This document shows, piece by piece, positions 38,421-47,627 of a stretch of 64,000 bases of DNA. A program made the position numbers and the translations under genes. This DNA comes from Candidatus Woesearchaeota archaeon (lineage in GTDB: Archaea > Nanobdellota > Nanobdellia > Woesearchaeales > GW2011-AR4): NCBI GenBank assembly GCA_016185945.1, contig JACPMR010000015.1:217543-281542 (forward strand), written 5' to 3'. Positions within the stretch are counted from its first letter, which is position 1, and every line of letters begins with the position of its first letter. The notes beneath the pieces are model-generated. The model did no database searches. It was given only the letters and a program-made list of their open reading frames with translations, and was not told the origin of the DNA.

Positions 38421-40079
38421 ATGCCTACAATAACCTTTTCACTGAAAGATTTGCAGCATTTGGTCGGAAAGAAATTAAGCATTGAAGGAGTTAACGAGCT
38501 TGCTCACTATGGGAAAGGTGACTTGGAAGGCTATGATAAGGAAGCTGATGAAGTAAAAATAGATTTTGGCGACACTAATTTACCTTATCTATGGAGTGTT
38601 GAGGGTTTTGCAAGGCTGATTAAGGGAATTTTGGGATTGCAGAAAGGAGTTCCTGAGATAAAAGTGCATAAAAGAGATTATCAAGTTGTGGTCGATAAAT
38701 CTGTTATCAAATATCGTCCTTATATTGCATGCTTTGCTGCAAAGGGGAAGAGAGTTGACGATTATTTGATAAAGCAGATTGTGCAGTTGCAGGAGAAGTT
38801 TTGCGAGGGCTATGGCAGGAGAAGGCAGAAAGTTTCTATTGGTTTATATTCCTACAAAAGGTTAAAATTTCCTGTGCATTACAAGGCAGTTGAGCCATTG
38901 TCGGTTGAATTTGTACCGCTTGAGTTTAAAGCCAAGATGAATTTGAAAGAAATATTGGCAGAGCACCCCAAAGGCAAAGACTATTCATTGGTTCTTGAGG
39001 GCTTTGACAAATACCCCTTGCTTATGGACGACAAGAATGAGGTGATGAGCTTAGTGCCGATTATAAACTCTAACTTTACAGGCAAGATTGAGATTGGGGA
39101 TGAAAACATATTTTTTGAAGCAACAGGCACTGATGAAGAGGCTGTTAATCTTGCAGCAGTCATATTTGCATACGCGCTATTTGAGAGGGGGTTTGAGGTT
39201 TTTTCTGTTGAAATCAAGTATCCAAACAAAAAAGTTACGAGTCCTGATTTAAGCATTGAGACAGTTGCAATAAAAAACGAGCAGATAAAACATTTGTTTG
39301 GATTGGAATTAAAAGAAAGTGAAGTGAAGCACTTGCTTGAGAAAGCCCAGTTTGAATTTGGTGATTGGAAAGTTAAAGTGCCTCCTTACAGGAAGGATAT
39401 ATTGCATCCTTATGACATAATTGAAGACATAGGCATTATGTATGGATTTGATAAAACTCCAGAAGCTCCTTTGAAAACTTATACAATCGGCTCGGCATTA
39501 AGGATAAATGATTTCATTGACAAAGTAAGGGAGATAGTTATTGGATTGGGCTATCAGGAAGTTATGAGCGCGGTATTGACAAATAAGGAATTCTTGTACA
39601 AAAAAATGAATATTGAGGACGTTGGGACAATTGAAATAGAGGATTTCATGTCAGAAACTTATTCTGTTGTGAGAAGCTGGGTTTTGCCGAATATTATGGA
39701 AGTTTTTTCCAAGAACAAGCATGTAGAGTTTCCGCAGAAAATTTTTGAGGAAGGCTTGATTAATATCAGGAAGGGTAATTATATCCTAGAGCATAGCAGG
39801 ATTGCAATTGCAAGCTCCCATGACGAAGCAAACTACACAGAAATGAGGCAGGTGCTTGATTTAATAATGAAATGCTTTGGATTAAGCTATGACATTGAAG
39901 AAGCGGAGCATGGTTCTTTCATTGAAGGCAGATGCGCAAGGGCGATTGTAAAAGGAAAGAAGATTGCTTATTTGGGGGAAATAAATCCTGAAGTTTTACA
40001 GAATTGGGGGCTTGAAATGCCAGTTGCTGCTTTGGAGCTGAATTTGACGGAGTTGTTTGAAGTAATTGAAAAGAAATGA
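38421..40079 (+). CDS. pheT: Phenylalanine-tRNA ligase beta subunit (archaeal)
   Basis: DTNLPYLWSVEG, RKDILHPYDIIEDI, IFEEG, ELNL. Confidence 0.95.
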   Translation: MPTITFSLKDLQHLVGKKLSIEGVNELAHYGKGDLEGYDKEADEVKIDFGDTNLPYLWSVEGFARLIKGILGLQKGVPEIKVHKRDYQVVVDKSVIKYRPYIACFAAKGKRVDDYLIKQIVQLQEKFCEGYGRRRQKVSIGLYSYKRLKFPVHYKAVEPLSVEFVPLEFKAKMNLKEILAEHPKGKDYSLVLEGFDKYPLLMDDKNEVMSLVPIINSNFTGKIEIGDENIFFEATGTDEEAVNLAAVIFAYALFERGFEVFSVEIKYPNKKVTSPDLSIETVAIKNEQIKHLFGLELKESEVKHLLEKAQFEFGDWKVKVPPYRKDILHPYDIIEDIGIMYGFDKTPEAPLKTYTIGSALRINDFIDKVREIVIGLGYQEVMSAVLTNKEFLYKKMNIEDVGTIEIEDFMSETYSVVRSWVLPNIMEVFSKNKHVEFPQKIFEEGLINIRKGNYILEHSRIAIASSHDEANYTEMRQVLDLIMKCFGLSYDIEEAEHGSFIEGRCARAIVKGKKIAYLGEINPEVLQNWGLEMPVAALELNLTELFEVIEKK

Positions 40080-40327
40080 AACCGAAAAATGATTTTAGAA
40101 ATCCTTATTTATGGTTGATTATGTTTATATCAGTTATACCTTCTATTCCTGCCCATTACCTATTCTATTATTTTAACATTGATGATTTTTTGCGCCAAAA
40201 TTTTGGTTGGTTTATTTGGAGCAGTAAATTCTGTTATGTTACCAATAGCTATTACATTTTGGATATTTTGGAATAAGTACAAAAAATCTGAAGATTACAA
40301 AAAAGATATAAAATTAAAAAATAAAAA

Positions 40328-40840
40328 TCACTCTTTTTTCTTAGCTGTTTTCTTCGTCCCAGTTTTCTTTTCCTTTTGTTTTACTTCCTCTGCCTTTTCT
40401 TTTGCCTCTGCTTTCTCTTCTGCTTTTATTTCTTCCTTCCCCTCTTCAGCCAACCCAGCCTTTTCCTCCAAAGTCACTTCTTTTTCTTCCTTTTTCTTTG
40501 GCTTGAATATGTCTCTGAACTTTCTTTTTTCTTCTTTTTGCACCCTTAACTGCTCGGGTGTTTTTCTTTTTGCCTTTGGTTTCTGAGTTTTGGGCTTTGG
40601 CTTTGTAAATCTTGCCTTTATCCCTAATTCGTCAAGTGCTTTTGCAACAACTTCATGAGAAGCATTTTTTCCTATCTTTATAACCTGATTTAATGGCTCA
40701 ATGTGAAGAATATTGACTTTTCTCCTTCTTGTTTCGCCGTCAATCAAAACATATTTGTCATCAAGAATTTCTACAATAACTCCCTTTTTGCCAGCGTCTC
40801 TGCCTGCTATTTTGACACATAATCTCCCAATCTCTATCAT
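40328..40840 (-). CDS. rpl14e: Ribosomal protein L14e with long K/E-rich C-terminal tail
   Basis: IEIGRLCVKIAGRDAGKKGVIV...RRKVNILHIEP. Confidence 0.93.
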   Translation of the reverse strand: MIEIGRLCVKIAGRDAGKKGVIVEILDDKYVLIDGETRRRKVNILHIEPLNQVIKIGKNASHEVVAKALDELGIKARFTKPKPKTQKPKAKRKTPEQLRVQKEEKRKFRDIFKPKKKEEKEVTLEEKAGLAEEGKEEIKAEEKAEAKEKAEEVKQKEKKTGTKKTAKKKE

Positions 40841-40939
40841 TTTATTCCTCCAATCACTTTCAAAAGTGCTGTGTCACCATCAGCCCAAGTGATTTTATTG
40901 TTGTTTTTTAATTTATTGAACTTGAATTATTATTTAAAT

Positions 40940-41092
40940 CCGTCTGCGACGCACTATAGTGCGCGTCGGCATTCTGCTGTAGAGGTAGCATTCCTTTGTG
41001 CTCCTCCTCCGCACCAATTTATTTACCACTGCTCGGCAAACTTTCCTGAGCTGGGTTCCCATATGATGCTTACAGATTCTGGGAAGCGACGT
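40940..41092 (-). ncRNA. Candidate structured RNA or repeat (copy D) between rpl34e and rpl14e
   Basis: GC-rich island in an AT-rich spacer with several hairpins and the perfect palindrome cgcactatagtgcg (40950-63). Its first hairpin resembles copy A. No family recognised. Confidence 0.45.
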
Positions 41093-41221
41093 TGTTTGAA
41101 AATTTTAATTATATTTTAAAATTTAATGTTTTAGTTAAAGTTACTTTAGTTAATGTTTTTGTGCTTCTTGCCTTTTAAATTAGGGCAATTTCAATGAAAT
41201 AATTATTTTTTCAAAAACGAA

Positions 41222-41488
41222 TTATTGCCTAACTTTATTGATAATCTCTTGTCTCATACACTTACTGCATAAAACACCGCCAAATGGACGTTCTGGTCTT
41301 TTCTTTGTCTTTGCCATGCTCCTCATCTTATAAGGCAGTTCCCTTGGCACACCTTTTAATACAGCGCCGCAATTACCGCAATGTGCAGCTTTGGGTTTTC
41401 TTTTCTTATAGTGTATGCTAACCCTGCCTCCCGAGACTTTCCTGTAAACTTTTCTTAAGCTTCTTGACCTTAATCTTGGCGCTGGCAT
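41222..41488 (-). CDS. rpl34e: Ribosomal protein L34e
   Basis: PAPRLRSRS...CGNC...RPERPFGGVLC. Confidence 0.95.
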   Translation of the reverse strand: MPAPRLRSRSLRKVYRKVSGGRVSIHYKKRKPKAAHCGNCGAVLKGVPRELPYKMRSMAKTKKRPERPFGGVLCSKCMRQEIINKVRQ

Positions 41489-41565
41489 GCTTTCTGGAAA
41501 AGTATGTCAATTTATAAACCTTAGCATAATCTTTAAATACAAATACTTTGAAACAAATATCAACT

Positions 41566-42057
41566 ATGCTTAGAGTTTTCCGTTCAAAAAAAGGGGTTTC
41601 GCCATTAATAGCTACTATTCTATTGATTGCCTTTGCTGTTGCGCTTGGCTCTGTTGTGATGAACTGGGGCTTAAGCTTGAACTTAGGCAAATCGACAGAC
41701 AAGTGCAGGAATGTAGAAATTAAAATAAGAAACATAGATGTTGCTGAAATTTGCTATGGCGGATTTGGAACAAATGGTTACATTAACTTTATCATTGACA
41801 ATGTCGGTGCTGCTGACATTAATGGATTAGCAATATGGATTGTTGGCGACAAAGGCACAAGACTTTTTGACATAGACGACATATTGATTAAGAAGGGCAC
41901 TTTGTATGATAAAAAGGACAAGGAAGTGGGTTATGATTTTACAAAATACGGCAACATAAAGCAAGTCCAGTTTATACCAAAGATAAAGCCAGAGCAAACA
42001 ACTGAAATATGCCCAAAGAATGCCATAAAAGCAGAGAAGATTGGGATTTGCGCTTAA
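41566..42057 (+). CDS. Archaeal type IV pilin/archaellin-like protein
   Basis: Class III signal KKG|VSPLIATILLIAFAVALGSVV. Confidence 0.88.
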   Translation: MLRVFRSKKGVSPLIATILLIAFAVALGSVVMNWGLSLNLGKSTDKCRNVEIKIRNIDVAEICYGGFGTNGYINFIIDNVGAADINGLAIWIVGDKGTRLFDIDDILIKKGTLYDKKDKEVGYDFTKYGNIKQVQFIPKIKPEQTTEICPKNAIKAEKIGICA

Positions 42058-42824
42058 TAAACCTTCATGAATTTTCTCAGAACAGAAGTAAACAATATTG
42101 AAAATATTATATAAGTCCCAAGCCAGCCGATTTTCCATCCGAATATATTAAGTATTTTCTTTGGCTTGTATTCAATCTGTACATTCCTTACCATTCCATT
42201 ATAATTCCTGCTTGGCTCGATATATTTTGCATTGTCAATCAAAACGCTTTTCTGCTGTTTTTCATCATTGTACAATATTTCAATAATATGCTCGCCTTCT
42301 TGCCCCTTCAATGTCCACATAGCTGCCCTATCAAAATTCTTTTTATTAATAGCGGCTGGAGCTAAATTCACTTTTTTATCACCTATAATTTCTAATCCTT
42401 CAGGCACAATAATATCCGCTTCTCCATTAGCTGCTTTGTCGAATATGGCATAGACATTAAATTCCTGCTGAGGTGCGATGCCTTCATGTGCAAAGTTTGC
42501 ATTCATCCATCCAAAAATGAGGATAATAGGAAGAAGGGTTATTAGCGTTGGCTTAAGCGAATGGGACATATATTTCATGTTGGCTTCCATTGCTTTTTTC
42601 TGCACCTCCATCGCTTTTGCAGGATTATTCTTAAGCTCCTTGATTTGCTTTTGCTGCTCGTTTATTTCCTCTTTTAATGTCTTCATCAATTCTTGATTAG
42701 TGGTGTATTTTGTGATTAGAATTACTATAAGAGATATGATTAGTGATATTACAATGACTGCCAATAAAGGTGGCATCTTTAATAAAGGCGATAATACAAA
42801 ATTCAAAACGTCAAAGTAAGCCAT
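42054..42824 (-). CDS. DUF106 / EMC3-TMCO1 family membrane insertase with inserted soluble domain
   Basis: TM1, coiled coil (MKTLKEE...QKKAME), KPTLIT.LPI, C-terminal GWLGTYIIFS; located after secY. Confidence 0.88.
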   Translation of the reverse strand: MAYFDVLNFVLSPLLKMPPLLAVIVISLIISLIVILITKYTTNQELMKTLKEEINEQQKQIKELKNNPAKAMEVQKKAMEANMKYMSHSLKPTLITLLPIILIFGWMNANFAHEGIAPQQEFNVYAIFDKAANGEADIIVPEGLEIIGDKKVNLAPAAINKKNFDRAAMWTLKGQEGEHIIEILYNDEKQQKSVLIDNAKYIEPSRNYNGMVRNVQIEYKPKKILNIFGWKIGWLGTYIIFSILFTSVLRKFMKVY

Positions 42825-44240
42825 CTAGCCACCCATAAATTTTCTTAACATTGGATTCATGTCCATCATATGCTGTCTTGCTATATCTTCATAAAGCCTG
42901 TAAACAATCATCACCGCAAGCAATATTCCTGTTCCGCTGCCTAATGCTCCTGTTATGTCTGCAAACGCTGCAAGAAAACCGACTGTGATTGCCCCCATTA
43001 TCGTCAATGGCCAGATGTATCTGTTGAGCAGTCTTTCAAGCACTCTTTCGTCTTTCCTGAAGCCTGGAATCTGCAATCCGCTTGAAATCATCTGCTGCGC
43101 TTGGCTTCTTGCGTCCATGCCAGCTGTCTGCACCCAAAAAATACTGAAAACCACACTGCCAAAAATGAAAAATAGGATATAGAAAAACGCTTGAAGATAA
43201 GGCTTCCATCCGATAAGCAAAGTGTGCTGCTGTATTATACTTCTGACGATGTCAGGACCTTGAAGCCAATACACAAAGCCAGAAAGTGGTTGTCCTGTTG
43301 ATGCGCTGAAAACTCCAAGCAAAGGGAAGCCGGCATTCTGCAGCAGTCTTCCCCATAATTGGAAATTTGCAATCAGAGCAGCAACCAGAATGACCGGGAT
43401 GTTTGATGTGTAAATGAAAGACAAAGGCCATCTTATGCCATGCCCTCTTATCATCCCAAAGGAGAGCGGAATTTCAATCTTCATTGACTGGGCATAAACC
43501 GCTATAACAAAAACAAGCACAGTGGCAAGCACAGCAGATATCATCACCAGCGCTGTAGTGACATCACCGTTGACCAAGCTTTGAAAAAATGCAGGTATGG
43601 CTCCTGCTGAATATGTAACTCCGGCTAGTCCGCTTGGGCCAGGAAGCCAGTTGAATGCCTGTATAAACAAACTTTTGCTTACGCCTGCTGCTATGAACAG
43701 GCTTATCCCAGAGCCAAAGCCCCACTTGCTTACAACTTCGTCCAAAAACAAAATCAGCAAGCCGCCTAAAAATAATTGAAAGATTAGAATAAGCTGCAAT
43801 TGAAAATAAAATCCACTTCCTTTGAATTGCTCAGCAGGGGCTAATCCTCCTAAAAATACGTAGACTGCACTCTCAAACAGAATGAAAAACAAGGATAAGA
43901 ATTTTTGAGTGCCCTGAAAGCTTCTCTTGCCTTCTGGCGTAGTCAAATCAAATTTCCATATGCCTGAGCCGTTAAGCAATTGCAAAACTATAGAAGCAGT
44001 TACAATCGGACCTATGCCAAGCGATATCAATGAGCCGAATTCTGCACCCAAAATAATAGACAATGTTTCAAATCTTTGCAGCGCGTTTATGCCTAGCCCG
44101 AATAAGGGCATCAAACCCAATACAAAGAATATGATTAGCGTTATGCTTGTCCATTTAAGTTTCTCCCGGAAAGAAAGCGTTTTTTGTGTTGGGCCCTCTA
44201 CTTCTGGAAGATTTGAGATTATGCTTTGCCAAATTGACAT
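42825..44240 (-). CDS. secY: Preprotein translocase SecY
   Basis: LGIGPIVTASIVLQLL, SKWGFGSGISLFI, YTSNIPVIL, IPGFR, SGTGILL. Confidence 0.98.
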   Translation of the reverse strand: MSIWQSIISNLPEVEGPTQKTLSFREKLKWTSITLIIFFVLGLMPLFGLGINALQRFETLSIILGAEFGSLISLGIGPIVTASIVLQLLNGSGIWKFDLTTPEGKRSFQGTQKFLSLFFILFESAVYVFLGGLAPAEQFKGSGFYFQLQLILIFQLFLGGLLILFLDEVVSKWGFGSGISLFIAAGVSKSLFIQAFNWLPGPSGLAGVTYSAGAIPAFFQSLVNGDVTTALVMISAVLATVLVFVIAVYAQSMKIEIPLSFGMIRGHGIRWPLSFIYTSNIPVILVAALIANFQLWGRLLQNAGFPLLGVFSASTGQPLSGFVYWLQGPDIVRSIIQQHTLLIGWKPYLQAFFYILFFIFGSVVFSIFWVQTAGMDARSQAQQMISSGLQIPGFRKDERVLERLLNRYIWPLTIMGAITVGFLAAFADITGALGSGTGILLAVMIVYRLYEDIARQHMMDMNPMLRKFMGG

Positions 44241-44282
44241 TTTAGTAAAAGAAAACCTGACAATTTTTAAATTTATTGAAGA

Positions 44283-44741
44283 TTATTCCTTAACCTCAAT
44301 CAAGCCGGTTACTTCGCCGCCTGCTTCCTTGACTTTCTCGACAGCTGTTTTTGAAGCATAGGGTGTTGTTATTTTAAACTTCATAGAAACGCCACCATCA
44401 CCAAGCAATTTATTAAACCCCAGTTTCTTTAATTCAACAGAATAAACATTGTTCTCTTTCTTTGCCAAACCCTCCAAGACAAATTTATTTATATGCTCTT
44501 CAATGTAACTTATATTGACTGGATTTATTTTTACTTTTGGCGTCTTGCTTACAAATCCAAACTTGCCAAAATATCTCTCCTTCCACAAGCTTGGCTTTTT
44601 GCTGTCAGCCCTTTTGCCAGAGCCTGCCATGCCTGCCCCGCCTTGGTGTCCTTTGCCTCGATGCTTTTTCTTGGCGCCCCAGCCGTGTGTTTTGCTGCCT
44701 CGCTGTCTTGTGTTTTTCTTTCTTCGGTTGAATGCCATCAT
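44283..44741 (-). CDS. rpl15: Ribosomal protein uL15
   Basis: RGSKTHGWG...GGAGMAG...KLLG.G. Confidence 0.95.
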   Translation of the reverse strand: MMAFNRRKKNTRQRGSKTHGWGAKKKHRGKGHQGGAGMAGSGKRADSKKPSLWKERYFGKFGFVSKTPKVKINPVNISYIEEHINKFVLEGLAKKENNVYSVELKKLGFNKLLGDGGVSMKFKITTPYASKTAVEKVKEAGGEVTGLIEVKE

Positions 44742-45169
44742 ACCATCCTCTTAATCAAATCATTTATTGCGCTGCCCCTATAGCCAAGTGCGCCGCCTTG
44801 CTTGAAAGAATGCTTTATGCCCTTTCTTCCAAAACCTTTCTTAGGGGCATTCAGTCTAAAGTACTCTTTTATTTTTTTGTCGCCAATAATCATGAATCCT
44901 TTGTACTTTATTTTTCCTTTTGAATCAGTTTCCCTGCCTTTGAACTCTTCTCCCCTCTTATCAACGAGTATTTTAAATGTGTCTTCACTAATTTCCCCCC
45001 AGGTTAAGTAGTCCTTTGCCTCCTTCAACATTCCTTCGTAAATCTTGTTGCTTGGAAGTACGCAGCAATAATTTTTTTTATAAAGTCTTAACATTCTCAA
45101 AGTGCTTTCAACTTGCGACTTTATTCCTACTATTCCCCTTACACGTATTGCCGCTAGTCTTTGTTCCAT
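44738..45169 (-). CDS. rpl30: Ribosomal protein uL30
   Basis: AAIRVRG...TLRMLRL...FRLNAPKKGF...GGALGYRG. Confidence 0.95.
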   Translation of the reverse strand: MEQRLAAIRVRGIVGIKSQVESTLRMLRLYKKNYCCVLPSNKIYEGMLKEAKDYLTWGEISEDTFKILVDKRGEEFKGRETDSKGKIKYKGFMIIGDKKIKEYFRLNAPKKGFGRKGIKHSFKQGGALGYRGSAINDLIKRMV

Positions 45170-45170
45170 A

Positions 45171-46052
45171 TTACACCGCTATTTTAGATGAGCCCTCAAT
45201 TACACTTAGTGTTTCTGCAGCTCTTTGGTTTACCTTGAACTGCATTAATTCCTTTAAAGCGTCAAAGCATGCATACAAAACATTCAGCTTGCTTCTTGTT
45301 TGCCCCTCTGTTCTTGACCATATGTCCTTGATGCCTGCCAGCCTCAAAATTTTTTGGCATTCTTTCTCCACTATAAGTCCTGTCCCTTTCGGCGCAGGCA
45401 TTAATGTTATCACCACTGAGCCTGCTTTCCCGCTTACTTTGAAAGGAACCGTGTGGATATCACCGCAACCGCAGCGCCAATGCCCGCAGCCCCTTCTTAT
45501 CTTTATTATATTCAGCTTTGCCTGCCTTATCGCCTTTTCTCTTGCTGGAACTGTTTCCTTTGATTTACCATACCCAACGCCAACATAGCCGTCTTCGTTG
45601 CCTACGACTGCGAAAGTTGCAAATTTTGGTTTATTGCCTTCTTGGGTTTTTTTCTGTGTTTGCTTGAATATTCTTTTCTGTCCGCCGCCAAATTTTCCTT
45701 TTGCCTGCCCTACCATCAATAGCTCTGTGGCGAGATTCGGGAGCAAAGCGTCTACTATCTCTGGCTCCAGTATCTTTATTCTCCCGTCTAGGATGTTATC
45801 AATCGAATTGATTCCGCTATTTTTAACCTTCATGCCAAGGGACGTTTTTGGCTTCCATGTTCCTTTTTCGAAAGCTCCTTTCTTTTTTATTTCTTCGACT
45901 ATTTCTTCTTCGAGCTCTTTTACCTCGCCTAGCTCTACAGCCAAGCCTTCTTTTGGCTTCTCAATCAAAGCCTCTTCGTCTGGGAGGGCTTCTGCTTCTA
46001 AAGACTCTGGCTTTTCCTCTATTTGTTTTTTTTCTTCCTTTTTCTTAGCCAT
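45171..46052 (-). CDS. rps5: Ribosomal protein uS5 with acidic N-terminal extension
   Basis: WKPKTSLG, VVGNEDGYVG, PAPKGTG; ATG 46052 follows an SD-like ggagg. Confidence 0.95.
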   Translation of the reverse strand: MAKKKEEKKQIEEKPESLEAEALPDEEALIEKPKEGLAVELGEVKELEEEIVEEIKKKGAFEKGTWKPKTSLGMKVKNSGINSIDNILDGRIKILEPEIVDALLPNLATELLMVGQAKGKFGGGQKRIFKQTQKKTQEGNKPKFATFAVVGNEDGYVGVGYGKSKETVPAREKAIRQAKLNIIKIRRGCGHWRCGCGDIHTVPFKVSGKAGSVVITLMPAPKGTGLIVEKECQKILRLAGIKDIWSRTEGQTRSKLNVLYACFDALKELMQFKVNQRAAETLSVIEGSSKIAV

Positions 46053-46623
46053 ATATCCTCCCTTTGATTTCATTAAAGTGCTCTATTATATTTTCAGGAT
46101 TAAGTCCTTTTTTTATGTAACTGGAAAACCGTGCTTCGTATCCAGCTTTGTCTGTCTTCAAAATTAGCGCATATTTCGCTATATGCTCGCCCGATATTCT
46201 TTCTTTTGAAGGTAGAATTTCTTGATTGAATGGTATTTTTAATCCTGCGTCTATTGCGCCTGCAAGTGCCGCATACAGTCTTGAGCCTTTTACAGATTCA
46301 TTAAAACCCAAGTCTAAAATTGCTTCTGTTATTCCTTTTTCCATGGCTTTTTTACCGGCAAGCAATCCAGTCAAGTAAGCGCTTGGCAAATTTCCGTTGC
46401 CTGCTTTCCACCCAAGCTTGGAAAGCGCCTTTGAATCTAACGTAAATAATACCTTGTCGCCTTTTTCATCATACTCCACAACAGATATTCTTAGGTTACT
46501 CAAAGATTTTCTGACAACGAATCTGAATTTGTTTGAAAGTAGCATCTTTAATCTCTTTTTGTAATATGTTTTACCTTCTCTTTTCCTTCTGAACGGCACT
46601 GTATAAATTTTACCTTTTTTCAT
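46045..46623 (-). CDS. rpl18: Ribosomal protein uL18
   Basis: RRKREGKTYY...NLPSAYLTG...GAIDAGL. Confidence 0.95.
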   Translation of the reverse strand: MKKGKIYTVPFRRKREGKTYYKKRLKMLLSNKFRFVVRKSLSNLRISVVEYDEKGDKVLFTLDSKALSKLGWKAGNGNLPSAYLTGLLAGKKAMEKGITEAILDLGFNESVKGSRLYAALAGAIDAGLKIPFNQEILPSKERISGEHIAKYALILKTDKAGYEARFSSYIKKGLNPENIIEHFNEIKGRIYG

Positions 46624-47065
46624 CTTTTACTAATCCCCTCTCATTTAGATATAACTTTAAATGCCTCAGGCTTCTGAAGAACCCGCCTTTGCTTTTCATG
46701 TAAAGTTCGTGATAAGAATGAGTAGCTATCGCATTTGAGTCCCTTAATGATTTTAAATATCTTCTCTGGAGTCTTATTTTATTGATCCATGTTCTTTTTG
46801 AGTTTAGTCTTGCTGTCCTTTTCCCTTTTCTTGAGCCATGACCTTTTTGCTTGTTGTAGCTTTTCTGCTCTTTCCTCAGTCTAGCCCAAAATCTTGATGC
46901 ATTTAACCCTCTTCCCTTGGATATCGCTCCGCTACTGATAAGCGACTTTACATCGCGTTTAGTGATGGCTTCTTTTATGTCATCCATCCTAGACGAATCA
47001 AACTTTACCCTGTTTATTCCGCATTTCATGATTTGCGCAGCCAGTCTTCTTTGCACTTTGAGCAT
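46610..47065 (-). CDS. rpl19e: Ribosomal protein L19e
   Basis: QRRLAA..MKCG...AITKRDV...GSRKGK..AR...KGGFF. Confidence 0.95.
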   Translation of the reverse strand: MLKVQRRLAAQIMKCGINRVKFDSSRMDDIKEAITKRDVKSLISSGAISKGRGLNASRFWARLRKEQKSYNKQKGHGSRKGKRTARLNSKRTWINKIRLQRRYLKSLRDSNAIATHSYHELYMKSKGGFFRSLRHLKLYLNERGLVKDEKR

Positions 47066-47066
47066 T

Positions 47067-47627
47067 TTACACCCTCTTTATCAATACCCTGTCTTTTTCT
47101 TTTTTATCCGCTTCCTTTTTTTGCTCGTCAGTCATTTCCGTTTCTTTTTGTTCTTTTTTTGATTCTTTGTCTTCTTTTGGTTTTTCTTTTCTATCTTCTG
47201 CGATTTTTCCTTTTTTTGATTTAAGGAACTCCTCAATTTTTTTGATTTGCTCGTCAATATTCAGGTTCAGGACGTTAATTTCGAGCTCTTTCGCCTTTTT
47301 CATTATCAAATACCTTTTTTTGTTTCCTACTGTCTTGGATATTACAACGCCTTGATTCTCCTTTTTTATTTTTGACAAATCTTCAACTGAATTGACTTTA
47401 ACCATTTTTAGCCCTAAAGAGTGAAGTCCTCTGGCTTTTAGGGGTGATTTATAGCCTGGCGAAGGCATTTTTCTTCTTCCCTTGAAGTGATGCCTTATCT
47501 TTGAGTGTATTCCTTTCGGCTTTCTCCATTTCATGCTGAGCTTTTTTCTTTTGCCATAGTCTTGCCTGATGAATTCTGGCTTTCTGCCCTTTAACTCTTT
47601 CCTTAACTCCAATAGTTTTGCCATCAT
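47067..47627 (-). CDS. rpl32e: Ribosomal protein L32e with charged C-terminal tail
   Basis: KPEFIRQD...WRKPKGIHSKIR...PSPGY.SP...GLH. Confidence 0.95.
   Translation of the reverse strand: MMAKLLELRKELKGRKPEFIRQDYGKRKKLSMKWRKPKGIHSKIRHHFKGRRKMPSPGYKSPLKARGLHSLGLKMVKVNSVEDLSKIKKENQGVVISKTVGNKKRYLIMKKAKELEINVLNLNIDEQIKKIEEFLKSKKGKIAEDRKEKPKEDKESKKEQKETEMTDEQKKEADKKEKDRVLIKRV

Noticed and set aside
40940-41092. tRNA, RNase P RNA, SRP RNA, 5S rRNA or HDV-like ribozyme identity for copy D
   Set aside because: There are fragments such as caggaaagt, agtggtaa and acagcagaa, but no TTCGA arm, no P4 partner, no SRP helix 8 motif and no HDV P2 partner.
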